The notes: generated from the letters alone by a model not told the origin. DNA of 43,205 bases from a virus (IMGVR_UViG_3300009506_000069:1-43205); one strand, 5' to 3'; counted from the first letter of the stretch, positions 27,472-36,043 are shown. Numbers and translations: made by a program.

Positions 27472-27960
27472 ATGTCAAGCATTTCGTTATCGCACCAGAG
27501 AGAGAAGTTCGTCCTACAGATCTTCAGTGGTTTGAGTCAGCGGAAGGCTTACAGGGTCGCCTACCCTTCATCAGAGCACTGGAAAGACAGCGTTGTCGAC
27601 GTGAAAGCGTCGCAGCTTATGGCCGATGATAAGGTAAAGCTAAGGCTTCAAGAGCTCAGAGATGAAGAGGTCAAAGAGACCAAGTACACAAAGCAATGGA
27701 TCATGGAGCGGTTTGAGGGTGTCTTCGATAAGAGCTCTCAAGCGGTCCCAGTCATGGTGTACGACAGGGAGCTCGGCGAGTATGTAGAGACCGGTGAATA
27801 CAAGTTCGACTCTTCCGGAGCCAACAAGGCGCTGACGGAGATCGGGAAGCTTCAGGGCCACTACATCGAGAAGGTGCAACTAAGCGGTGAGCTTGACCTC
27901 AAGGCGATCGCACTGCGGAGACATGAGGAGAGACAGATGGAGAAGAAAGATGATGAATAA
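27472..27960 (+). CDS. terS: Terminase small subunit
   Basis: QREKF...SQRKAYRVAY...ASQL; FDSSGANKAL..IGK..G. Confidence 0.85.
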   Translation: MSSISLSHQREKFVLQIFSGLSQRKAYRVAYPSSEHWKDSVVDVKASQLMADDKVKLRLQELRDEEVKETKYTKQWIMERFEGVFDKSSQAVPVMVYDRELGEYVETGEYKFDSSGANKALTEIGKLQGHYIEKVQLSGELDLKAIALRRHEERQMEKKDDE

Positions 27961-28210
27961 ACTTGTAGGCGCGATCGCGTCAGTATTCGTGGGAAGCCCG
28001 ACGGAGAAGAGAGAGAACTACCACTTCGACGAGACACACTCAGCGAAGTCAAATCAACGCAACGCATCGAGAAGCAAGCGCAAGATGCTCTTGGAGCGCG
28101 GTGCGGTTCCTGACGACATCGGTGCGAGACGTTTCATCCGCAGATCTGAGAAGGCCAAGAAGGCCAAAGAGAAGAGGCTCGAGAGAGCAGCACGAAGGGA
28201 GGGTCTGTAG
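27950..28210 (+). CDS. Basic hypothetical protein
   Basis: K/R-rich 86 aa; GGAG RBS. Confidence 0.55.
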   Translation: MMNKLVGAIASVFVGSPTEKRENYHFDETHSAKSNQRNASRSKRKMLLERGAVPDDIGARRFIRRSEKAKKAKEKRLERAARREGL

Positions 28211-28211
28211 C

Positions 28212-28721
28212 ATGATGCACGATGAAGATCAATTTCAACTTGGCGACGAGACAGCCGAGTTCATGGAACTGGGGGAGAAGGTCCTCAAAGAGTCAAGGGA
28301 GAAACAGAGTTGTGAGCGCCTCGAGAGAGCTGTTCGTGACGAGATGATCGAAGAGGCTGACCGATCGTTCGATGAAGATCTCGGGCTCTCAACTGGTGGC
28401 ATGAAGCGCAGCAATACTGAAGAGGAGTTCCTCGAAAAGATGGCCAAGCGAAAACATGACATGGAGAGAACCATGATCAGGGCAGCGATCGCACATGACA
28501 TCGGGATAGACATCGAGTCAGACATCATGGACGGCCGTGACTCAGAGCTGCTCAATGTGATCACAGACGTGGCTATGGGCAACCGTGAGTCATACAACTG
28601 GCTCAAGAGAGAGCTGTACCGGCCACACGAGCAGCCTCAGGACCCGATCATGGTCCACGAGGCACCGCATGTCGTCATCAACGTATCGGGGGACTACTAT
28701 GGCTCGCTACATAGGGACTAA
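28212..28721 (+). CDS. Acidic hypothetical protein
   Basis: GGAGG RBS before ATG 28212. Confidence 0.6.
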   Translation: MMHDEDQFQLGDETAEFMELGEKVLKESREKQSCERLERAVRDEMIEEADRSFDEDLGLSTGGMKRSNTEEEFLEKMAKRKHDMERTMIRAAIAHDIGIDIESDIMDGRDSELLNVITDVAMGNRESYNWLKRELYRPHEQPQDPIMVHEAPHVVINVSGDYYGSLHRD

Positions 28722-29076
28722 AGTCGTAGAGGCGCAGCCACAGGTCCAGAACGGCGAGGAGGGCTACGAAGTCATCTATTCCGACGGATATGCCTCGTGG
28801 TCTCCTAAAGACGTTTTTGAGGCATCCTACAACCTTGTGAGCCACATGAACTTCGGTGACTGTCTGTACTACATGAAGGCCGGCGCTGCAGTGCGTCTGC
28901 CGATGTGGGGCGAAGGGGTCATGATCAGAGCCCAGTTCCCAGACGAACATTCGAAGATGACTCACCCATATCTATACGTCGAGAGTCCTAACGGCAGGGT
29001 ACCTTGGACGCCAACATTCATCGAGCTGCTCAGAGAAGACTGGGAACTCGTTGTAGAAGGAGGCGAAGATGTCTAA
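28699..29076 (+). CDS. Tad2/DUF2829-like sponge fused to an N-terminal YIGTK...SWSPKDVFE domain
   Basis: MNFGD.L..MKAG..V...W...PYLY...VPWTP...LL.EDW. Confidence 0.78.
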   Translation: MARYIGTKVVEAQPQVQNGEEGYEVIYSDGYASWSPKDVFEASYNLVSHMNFGDCLYYMKAGAAVRLPMWGEGVMIRAQFPDEHSKMTHPYLYVESPNGRVPWTPTFIELLREDWELVVEGGEDV

Positions 29077-29224
29077 GAAGTATGTCGTTACGACCGGCGA
29101 CGGTCACAGGATAGGTGAGCACTACTACACTGACTGGCTCGTGCTCGCAGTGTGGAGACTATGGCGGATCAAGCTTGACGGCCAGAACCGGCTCGTATGG
29201 AAGCAGCTGAGAGTGAATGTATGA
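29069..29224 (+). CDS. Hypothetical protein, 51 aa (not in ORF track)
   Basis: AGGAGG RBS; ATGA overlap with the TerL start. Confidence 0.6.
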   Translation: MSKKYVVTTGDGHRIGEHYYTDWLVLAVWRLWRIKLDGQNRLVWKQLRVNV

Positions 29225-30678
29225 CGATGACACCCGAGCAGATCGCAGCAGAAAAAGAGCAGATGATCATCGACTGGGGGAACAGCATCGAGCTGTTCGT
29301 TCACGAGGCGCTCGGGGTTAACCTGTACTTCAAAGAGGATCCTGACTACGACGAGCAGCAGCTCTGGGTCCTTCAAGATATCGACCGTGGTGAACAGAAC
29401 ATCGCGATCGCATCCGGACACGGTACCGGCAAGACCGCGCTCCTCGCGTGGGTAATCCTATGGATTGGGTTTTTTAAGTACGACGCCAAGATCCCAGTGA
29501 CTGCTCCGACTGCACCTCAACTCATACGACTACTCATACCAGAGGTCCGCAAGTGGGCGGAGAAGCTGCCTGCGGAGCTCAAGAAGGCCGTCAGCGTCAA
29601 GCAGGACCACGTCACATTCACCACGGAGAACGTATGCGTGGCCAGAACGGCACGTAAAGAGGCCCCAGAGGGTCTTCAGGGGTTTCACGCTACATTTCTC
29701 GGGTGGATCATCGACGAAGCGTCAGGTGTTGCGAACAACATCTTCGAGGTCATCGACGGATCCCTGACCGGCGAAGACTATCTACGGATCATGCCGGCCA
29801 ACCCTACAAGAACAGAAGGATATTTCTATGATGCATTCCATAAAAACCGCTCGCTGTGGAAGTGCCACACGTTCAACGCAGAACGAAGCCGAAACGTCAC
29901 AAAAGAGTCAATCGAACGAAAGCGGGTCCAGTACGGCCGTGATTCGGATGCTTATCGCGTTCGTGTGCTTGGTCAGTTTCCCCGTTCGTCTTCTGACTCT
30001 GTTATTCCGCTCTACGTCATCGAAGAGGCGATCATCCGTGACCCGTCGGAGACGAATCGCGCAGGCGCTGAAGTTTGGGGCCTTGATTATGCTGACATGG
30101 GTGACGATACTACTCGCCTTGCAAAGCGTGTTGGTCATGACTTTTATGCTGTCGAACAGTGTCCTGCTGAAGGAGCACATCGGCAAGTCGCAACAGCAGA
30201 CTGGCTCGCCTTCCAGTACAACAGAGCCGATCGAAAACCAAAGGCCATCTTCGTCGATGCCATTGGAGAGGGATCCGGTCTTATATCCGTCCTACGGATG
30301 GATCATTACTCACACATCCCCGTAGTTCCAATAAAAGGCAGTTCGGCTGCAATAGAGAGTGAGATATACTTGAACAAGCGATCCGAGCTCTTCTTCAGGC
30401 TGAAGGGCATGTTGGAAGACGAAGGACGCATGCTTGACGATGACTCGATCATCGGTGAGCTATCTGCTCAGAAGTTCAAGATCTCTACCGGAGGGAAGCT
30501 TCAGCTGATCCCGAAGGAAGAGATCAAGGAAGAGCTCGGGAGATCTCCAGATCAGGCCGATGCGATGGCTTTATGCTGCGCAGAGATCATCGTAACGGAA
30601 GAGGACGTCGAAGAGGCCAACAAGCGTTACCACACCGAGTTTGTAGAAGAAGACGACGGGGGGTACGGTTCATGGTAG
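29221..30678 (+). CDS. terL: Terminase large subunit
   Basis: SGHGTGKT Walker A, IIDEASG Walker B, NPTR, GLDYA, RSPDQADA. Confidence 0.95.
   Translation: MTMTPEQIAAEKEQMIIDWGNSIELFVHEALGVNLYFKEDPDYDEQQLWVLQDIDRGEQNIAIASGHGTGKTALLAWVILWIGFFKYDAKIPVTAPTAPQLIRLLIPEVRKWAEKLPAELKKAVSVKQDHVTFTTENVCVARTARKEAPEGLQGFHATFLGWIIDEASGVANNIFEVIDGSLTGEDYLRIMPANPTRTEGYFYDAFHKNRSLWKCHTFNAERSRNVTKESIERKRVQYGRDSDAYRVRVLGQFPRSSSDSVIPLYVIEEAIIRDPSETNRAGAEVWGLDYADMGDDTTRLAKRVGHDFYAVEQCPAEGAHRQVATADWLAFQYNRADRKPKAIFVDAIGEGSGLISVLRMDHYSHIPVVPIKGSSAAIESEIYLNKRSELFFRLKGMLEDEGRMLDDDSIIGELSAQKFKISTGGKLQLIPKEEIKEELGRSPDQADAMALCCAEIIVTEEDVEEANKRYHTEFVEEDDGGYGSW
29828..30325 (+). CDS. Putative overprinted two-TM membrane protein inside terL (+1 frame, 165 aa)
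   Basis: AAGGA-7nt-ATG; two ~24-29-aa hydrophobic runs separated by an Arg-rich loop; T-ending TerL codons at those runs. Confidence 0.65.
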   Translation: MMHSIKTARCGSATRSTQNEAETSQKSQSNESGSSTAVIRMLIAFVCLVSFPVRLLTLLFRSTSSKRRSSVTRRRRIAQALKFGALIMLTWVTILLALQSVLVMTFMLSNSVLLKEHIGKSQQQTGSPSSTTEPIENQRPSSSMPLERDPVLYPSYGWIITHTSP

Positions 30679-30980
30679 AAGACAAAGAGAAGACGATCGT
30701 GTGTCACGAGCCTAATGCAGGGCGACTGCTGAATCTTGAGGCGATGATCTTTTTGAATGGTGGCGATCCGTTCAAGGCACTGGCCTTCGCAAGAAGGTAT
30801 GATCAAGTGCGGGTGACGGTGAGTCTTGAGTCAATCGAAAGGGCTCTCATGGCGTGGTGGATAAACACCGGTTGGGAGGATTCCCAGATCGTTGAGGCGT
30901 TGAGCACAGAGGACCGCAAGGTCACACTGGCCAGAGTCGAGAGAATGAGGAGAAAACTAAATGTCAAAGAAGAAGACTAG
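30672..30980 (+). CDS. Hypothetical protein, possibly Mor-like HTH activator
   Basis: ALAFARRY...V.V...C-terminal HTH-like segment; weak resemblance only. Confidence 0.4.
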   Translation: MVEDKEKTIVCHEPNAGRLLNLEAMIFLNGGDPFKALAFARRYDQVRVTVSLESIERALMAWWINTGWEDSQIVEALSTEDRKVTLARVERMRRKLNVKEED

Positions 30981-32664
30981 GGCGGATATCATCGAGGCCA
31001 GTAAGGCACAGATGATCCTGCTCAAAGACACTGCGATGCGCGGGTATGATCAGCACGAGGCTGACTTCCTGACGCTTGAGCAGGCGTACATCGGTACCGT
31101 GGACGAACGGCAGCGGACATCACTCAAGAAGAGACGAAAGTCTTCACTGGAGATCCAGATCATCAAGCCGAAGGTCATGAAGGTCACACGTGAGATCATG
31201 AAGTCGTTCTTTGGGGGCAACGAGCTCGCGAAGATCACACCGGAGAACAGCGAAGACAAGGATCTTGTCAAGGCGTTATCAGAGGAGCTAAAAGACTATG
31301 CAAGAACCGAGAAGTTTTACACGCGATGCAAGCCATCTATTCGAAATCAACTTGTTTATGGAACTTCTGTCTCCAAGGTTTACTGGGCGAACAATAATGT
31401 CCGCATTGAAAACTGCTCTCTCGCCGATGTGTGGATTGACCCATACGCTCAGGATGCGGATTCGGTCAAATATGTCGTTCACAGAATCACCTCCCTAACG
31501 ATAGGGGACATCAAGCGATGGGTTCAGGCTCGATGGGACGACAGATCAGACAGAACCAACGGTCTGGTTGAGGTCAACCCGAGCAGCGTTGACTGGACCA
31601 AGTTCGCGAACAACAGCGCAGCGATGAACGGATCCGTTGAGGATGTTGGGGAATACGCTCGTCCGGAGATGTACGAGATCTACCGCATCACACCGAACGG
31701 GTGGACTGTTTCGACGATGATGGACAACGAGGAGTTCATGCGACTCGAGGAGCCACTCAATGACGGCAACCCGTTCATCATCTCTCAGCAGGATCCGCAG
31801 TTCGTCGGTATCAAAGAGACGCCGGTCAGAGGTTACGGCGCTCCGTTCATCGACGCTATGATCCCGCTGCAGAAAGAGTACGCGATCCGTCGCAACCAAC
31901 AGATCGACGCCATTGACATGCAGCTCAATATGCGTCTACTGACTACGAAGAACAACGGTCTGAGAGAGGAGGACCTGAACTCGCAGCGCAAGAAGCTCGA
32001 AGTGTCAGATCCGAACATGGTGGTACCGCTGCCAACCCCTCGCATCGATCAGTCGTTCTTCGATACAGACAAGCTCGAGAGCGAGATGCAGGAGATCTCC
32101 GGAGTCACCAAGTACTCTCAGGGGATCAACGACAAGGCCAACCTCAACCAGACGGCCACAGGCATGTCTATTCTCGCGCAGGAAGGGTCAGGTACCATCG
32201 ATGACGTGAACAGGTCAGTGAACGAGTCTTTCTTCACGCCTATCGTCCATCGCATCGTCCACCTGATCTACAAGTACAAGGAATCAGAGCGGTTCGCAAA
32301 CGTGACACGTCTTGGAACACTGAAGGCGAAGATCCTTATTGACGTCGGCACCGGATCGACCAACAAAGAGATGCAGCTGAACAACATCGACAACGCGATC
32401 ATCGCCGTCGGTGACTCTATAGAGAAGTTCAGGAACATAGAAAAGTTGGAAGAAGTTGACAAATATGCTAAACTTCTTGACTCACTTAACCGAGAGAAAC
32501 TTAAGATACTTGGGTTTGGAACCCTTATGGAGGAGATAGACGATGATTACGAGCAACAACAACAAGCAGCAGCCGAACTCGGAGCAATCGGAGCAAGTAC
32601 AGGAGCAGTCGGAGAAAATGGAGCAGGAGGGCCAATTATTGAGCCTTCAGCGCCTCCTGCTTGA
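30961..32664 (+). CDS. Portal protein (SU10/P22-like)
   Basis: 567 aa after TerL; LVYGTSVSKVYW, VWIDP, MQEISGV...QG...NQTATG. Confidence 0.9.
   Translation: MSKKKTRADIIEASKAQMILLKDTAMRGYDQHEADFLTLEQAYIGTVDERQRTSLKKRRKSSLEIQIIKPKVMKVTREIMKSFFGGNELAKITPENSEDKDLVKALSEELKDYARTEKFYTRCKPSIRNQLVYGTSVSKVYWANNNVRIENCSLADVWIDPYAQDADSVKYVVHRITSLTIGDIKRWVQARWDDRSDRTNGLVEVNPSSVDWTKFANNSAAMNGSVEDVGEYARPEMYEIYRITPNGWTVSTMMDNEEFMRLEEPLNDGNPFIISQQDPQFVGIKETPVRGYGAPFIDAMIPLQKEYAIRRNQQIDAIDMQLNMRLLTTKNNGLREEDLNSQRKKLEVSDPNMVVPLPTPRIDQSFFDTDKLESEMQEISGVTKYSQGINDKANLNQTATGMSILAQEGSGTIDDVNRSVNESFFTPIVHRIVHLIYKYKESERFANVTRLGTLKAKILIDVGTGSTNKEMQLNNIDNAIIAVGDSIEKFRNIEKLEEVDKYAKLLDSLNREKLKILGFGTLMEEIDDDYEQQQQAAAELGAIGASTGAVGENGAGGPIIEPSAPPA
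31298..31498 (+). CDS. Putative overprinted +1-frame ORF inside the portal gene (66 aa)
   Basis: GAGGAG-10nt-ATG; local switch to ATT/AAT/TAT/GAT/TTT codons. Confidence 0.45.
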   Translation: MQEPRSFTRDASHLFEINLFMELLSPRFTGRTIMSALKTALSPMCGLTHTLRMRIRSNMSFTESPP

Positions 32665-32908
32665 GATTGACCAGTTCGGGGCCTCGACGTTCAAGACCAT
32701 TCTTGTCGACGAGATCAACGCTGAGTACATGTCGGTAGTGCAGCAGAGTCAGGCGAAGGGGTGCGATCCTTACGACATGAAGTGGCTCGTGGGGAGGGCA
32801 AGCGGTCTTGTTTACGCGCTGTCGCTTATTAACAGCATGAAGAACAGAACAAAAGAGAGCATCAACATGCTCGAGGCGGAATTAGCGCCAACATCTGAGG
32901 AGGTGTAG
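32543..32908 (+). CDS. Hypothetical head-assembly protein overlapping the portal 3' end
   Basis: GGAGG RBS; alternative start 32618. Confidence 0.6.
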   Translation: MITSNNNKQQPNSEQSEQVQEQSEKMEQEGQLLSLQRLLLEIDQFGASTFKTILVDEINAEYMSVVQQSQAKGCDPYDMKWLVGRASGLVYALSLINSMKNRTKESINMLEAELAPTSEEV

Positions 32909-32909
32909 T

Positions 32910-33482
32910 ATGTACGGGGATTTAACACCAGAGCAGCTTGCAGAAATGCAGGGCGCTCAGCAGCAGGACGCAACAAGCGGAGAGGGTATGGGTGGCCAAG
33001 GTCAAGGTCAGGGTCAAGGCTACGGGGCAGGCTACGGGCAGCCACAGTACCAACAACAGCAGCAGCCAGAGCTGTCACTGGAGGAGCAGAAGGCTGAGGC
33101 CCGTAAGCTACTCGGCGTCGACGAGATGGAGAAGCAGCTTAACCTGATCAAAGAGAACGCTCGTATCCAGTCGCAGCAGACTCGCAAGGATCTGGTTATG
33201 AAGAGGTACGATATCTCTTCAGATGATCTTGAGAAAGAGCTCACAAAAGTCAAAGAGGCTGATCCGGTATGGTACGAGCAGCTGATCGACTCTGATATCG
33301 GTATGGATCAGGTCGCCAAGGGCATGCGAGCCAACCAGAAGCCAACAAACAAGCCTGACGATGTTATCGACTCAGGTGGAGGCGGTGGAGAGCCTCAGAG
33401 CGATGTTATCGCCAAGGTACGCAAAGGTGGGCTTAGCGGTGACAATATGTTCATGACTCTTGGAGAGATGCAGCTTTCATAA
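32910..33482 (+). CDS. Capsid scaffolding protein
   Basis: Helical and low-complexity; between portal and capsid; GAGGAGG RBS. Confidence 0.65.
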   Translation: MYGDLTPEQLAEMQGAQQQDATSGEGMGGQGQGQGQGYGAGYGQPQYQQQQQPELSLEEQKAEARKLLGVDEMEKQLNLIKENARIQSQQTRKDLVMKRYDISSDDLEKELTKVKEADPVWYEQLIDSDIGMDQVAKGMRANQKPTNKPDDVIDSGGGGGEPQSDVIAKVRKGGLSGDNMFMTLGEMQLS

Positions 33483-33490
33483 GGCAAAGC

Positions 33491-33499
33491 TGCTATACT
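33491..33499 (+). promoter_or_regulatory. Extended -10 promoter TGCTATACT
   Basis: Start of the intergenic region upstream of the capsid gene. Confidence 0.6.
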
Positions 33500-33504
33500 T
33501 TCAT

Positions 33505-33795
33505 CACGGTGGCCGGCACCGCAACTCTCCGGTCACCTACCCGCTACTCTTACGGGTTCCATCAATCCTTAAGTCAGATCCCCTCGTTTTTTTCTCCATG
33601 TTTTGAGCGAGGGGGTTGGACCACTTTCAATATGGCCTCGGCCACCAAATTTCGGACGACGGCTATCCATAAACCGTTGCGCATAAAATTATTATTTAAT
33701 CGGGCGCTCCTGCGCCTGTCATCCCGCATTTTTTAATTGACACTACGATTAATCCGGCCGATATGTAACAATTCCTGAAATCTAGTTAGGAAAAG
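33505..33795 (+). ncRNA. Structured capsid leader RNA
   Basis: At least six stems, with + strand G-U pairs. Confidence 0.5.
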
Positions 33796-33803
33796 GACAA
33801 CCG

Positions 33804-34739
33804 ATGATTACTTCGATTAATAATACGGTCTCCCAGAAACCGTCCATTATCGATGCTGTTATCATGCAAGGGTATGATAAAGCGCCAATTCTGTCTATGA
33901 TCGGAACGGGTACCATTACTGCCCCGAGCCACTCATGGATCAACGACCGCCACGAGGATCCGGACGACAACGCAAACCTTGAGGTCTCTGACTTCACAGG
34001 TACGATGGCTCCGACCAAAGTCAAGTCATCAAACAACGCCCAGATCATCATTACTGAGGTTGCATTGTCTGATCGTGAGATCGAGATGTCCCAGTACGGT
34101 GAGAAAGAGTGGACTTTCCAAGTCGGTAAAAAAGGTGTTCGCCATACGCGTGACATCGAGTTTGCTCTTCTTGGTCTTGGCAACACGACAATCTTCGACG
34201 CTCCTGTCGATGGTACAGACGTTGTTGAGCCTCGCATGGCAGGATTCTTCCACTATGTATCAGCAGGTCAGCACCAATACTTCGACGCCACTGGTGACGG
34301 TACGGGTGCAGATCAGTCGTTCACTTACGCGATGCTTCACACATTGCTTGAGCCACTGTACAACAACGGCGCGATGGAAGACGACTCTTTCACGATGCTC
34401 GTTGGAACGAAGATCAAACAGACTATCAACGGATGGGCTGACTCTTATCTTCAGAAAGACAACGCTGACGGCAAGTTCGATCCGACTCTATGGACGATCT
34501 CTACTGACTTCGGTGATGTCAAGCTTCGCCTGCACCGTCTGTTCAACACTCCTGCCCTTGTGGACAAGGTTCTTGTTGGCCAGTTCAACCGTGCTCGCGC
34601 TCTTTACGTGCCGAACCGCAAGGCGTCTTTCAAAGAGGTCCCGACTTCTAAGACTGCCAAGTACGCTCGCTACGTTTCTGACCTTACACTTGAGGTCCGC
34701 AACGGTGACTACTTCGCTTCTGCGGAAGGTCTGAAGTAA
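33804..34739 (+). CDS. Major capsid protein (DUF5309/SU10-type)
   Basis: HSWINDR...NNAQI...Q..KK..H.RDIEFALL...RMAG...TDFGDV...LTLEV; high-expression codons. Confidence 0.88.
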   Translation: MITSINNTVSQKPSIIDAVIMQGYDKAPILSMIGTGTITAPSHSWINDRHEDPDDNANLEVSDFTGTMAPTKVKSSNNAQIIITEVALSDREIEMSQYGEKEWTFQVGKKGVRHTRDIEFALLGLGNTTIFDAPVDGTDVVEPRMAGFFHYVSAGQHQYFDATGDGTGADQSFTYAMLHTLLEPLYNNGAMEDDSFTMLVGTKIKQTINGWADSYLQKDNADGKFDPTLWTISTDFGDVKLRLHRLFNTPALVDKVLVGQFNRARALYVPNRKASFKEVPTSKTAKYARYVSDLTLEVRNGDYFASAEGLK

Positions 34740-35143
34740 TGTTGCTGACCGAAGCGCAAGAGACTATCAACAGTCTCCTCCGTGGGGACAATTCGAACCC
34801 ATCGGTGAGCGTTTCGGCGGTCAATCTGGCATTACAGGACGTGCTCCGGTACTGCCAACCCGCATCTCTGATCGCTCTTTGGGCTGATACTGTTACCGAT
34901 ATGTATCGTATGATCCCAACGATCGCCTATGACGACGAAGATCTTCCGATCCGTCGATATCTGAAAGAGATGGTGGTCACTGGAGATCCGGCCGAGGACA
35001 TCTCTCCGGATCCGCAACTCGATCTGGCTGTGATATACTTCATCTGCTCGCTCTATTCGAACAAGAACAAGCAGCTTTACCGCCAGATGGCCATCGACAT
35101 CTGCTTTACTTACGACTCGTCATCTCTGGCCGATCCTGAGTAA
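34739..35143 (+). CDS. Head-tail adaptor-like protein (paralog 1)
   Basis: Helical, follows capsid; similar to 42599..43057. Confidence 0.55.
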   Translation: MLLTEAQETINSLLRGDNSNPSVSVSAVNLALQDVLRYCQPASLIALWADTVTDMYRMIPTIAYDDEDLPIRRYLKEMVVTGDPAEDISPDPQLDLAVIYFICSLYSNKNKQLYRQMAIDICFTYDSSSLADPE

Positions 35144-35174
35144 TCTGATACGGTGGTAACACCAAAGGATTAAC

Positions 35175-36032
35175 ATGGCAGACGCAATAGTCACTCTCAC
35201 GGAGACCCCGCAGGTCACCCTCCTTTCTCCTCTTCTCGACAACTACTACTGGAACATGGCAGGGGCCACCAAGGTAACACCATACAAGGCCGTCAGAGAC
35301 ACAGTCGCAGTAGGGTCAACCTATGTCGTCTACTATATCGACGTTCCGGCCAGTCGCAGCATAACCATCAGCCACAATCTAAGCTCTCAGGATATCAGCA
35401 TCTACGATCAGGACAGATCGCCTGTCTACAACGAGTACGGCATCCATAATGTTGACGTCAGCGGGGCCAGATCACAGTTCCGGTATTTCAGAACACTGAC
35501 AAATCCGGATCCGGAGAATGCGCTGCGCATCTACATCCAGTTCAATGCTGCTGCCGGCACAGCAATCAAGTTCTATTACGAAGAGGATCACTGGCTGAAC
35601 TACGCACCGGAGCTGCTGAGCCGTCTCAACAAGGGCCTTCCGCTCACGAACAACGACATAGACCACATCACCGGCCACATCAACCGCACCCAGTTCGAAA
35701 ACATAGAGGCACCGCTGAAGCCGTTCAGGAGATGGTGCAACGGAGACATAGCAACACGCCTTGTTGGCCGAGACGATTTCGGTTTATGGAAGGTTGAGCT
35801 TGTTAACTCGGACGGATCAGAGTACAATGCCTTCATTGTCAACTTCTCAGCGCACACATACATAAGGATCGCAGGGTCTACAGGTTCGATAGGGTTCTAC
35901 AATGACACGATCGACCCGCTCAGCGATGTCTGGATGGCAGCTGTGTCGTGGACTGGGTGGGCCACGGTGACCCCTATGGGCAACATCACACTCGCTGATC
36001 ACCCTGACCTTCGACTTATGGACAGAAACTAA
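35175..36032 (+). CDS. Virion structural protein
   Basis: AAAGGA RBS; RLNKGLPLTNNDID fibre-attachment-like motif. Confidence 0.55.
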   Translation: MADAIVTLTETPQVTLLSPLLDNYYWNMAGATKVTPYKAVRDTVAVGSTYVVYYIDVPASRSITISHNLSSQDISIYDQDRSPVYNEYGIHNVDVSGARSQFRYFRTLTNPDPENALRIYIQFNAAAGTAIKFYYEEDHWLNYAPELLSRLNKGLPLTNNDIDHITGHINRTQFENIEAPLKPFRRWCNGDIATRLVGRDDFGLWKVELVNSDGSEYNAFIVNFSAHTYIRIAGSTGSIGFYNDTIDPLSDVWMAAVSWTGWATVTPMGNITLADHPDLRLMDRN

Positions 36033-36043
36033 GGCGGTGTGCT

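Noticed and set aside
33509-33736. 75-aa ORF upstream of the capsid gene
   Set aside because: No RBS and atypical codons; RNA structure explains the region better
33979-34734. 251-aa +1 ORF inside the capsid gene
   Set aside because: TTG start without RBS; T-ending codons here are high-expression types while Asn/Tyr/Ile/Phe stay mostly C-ending, so an open +1 frame is an expected by-product
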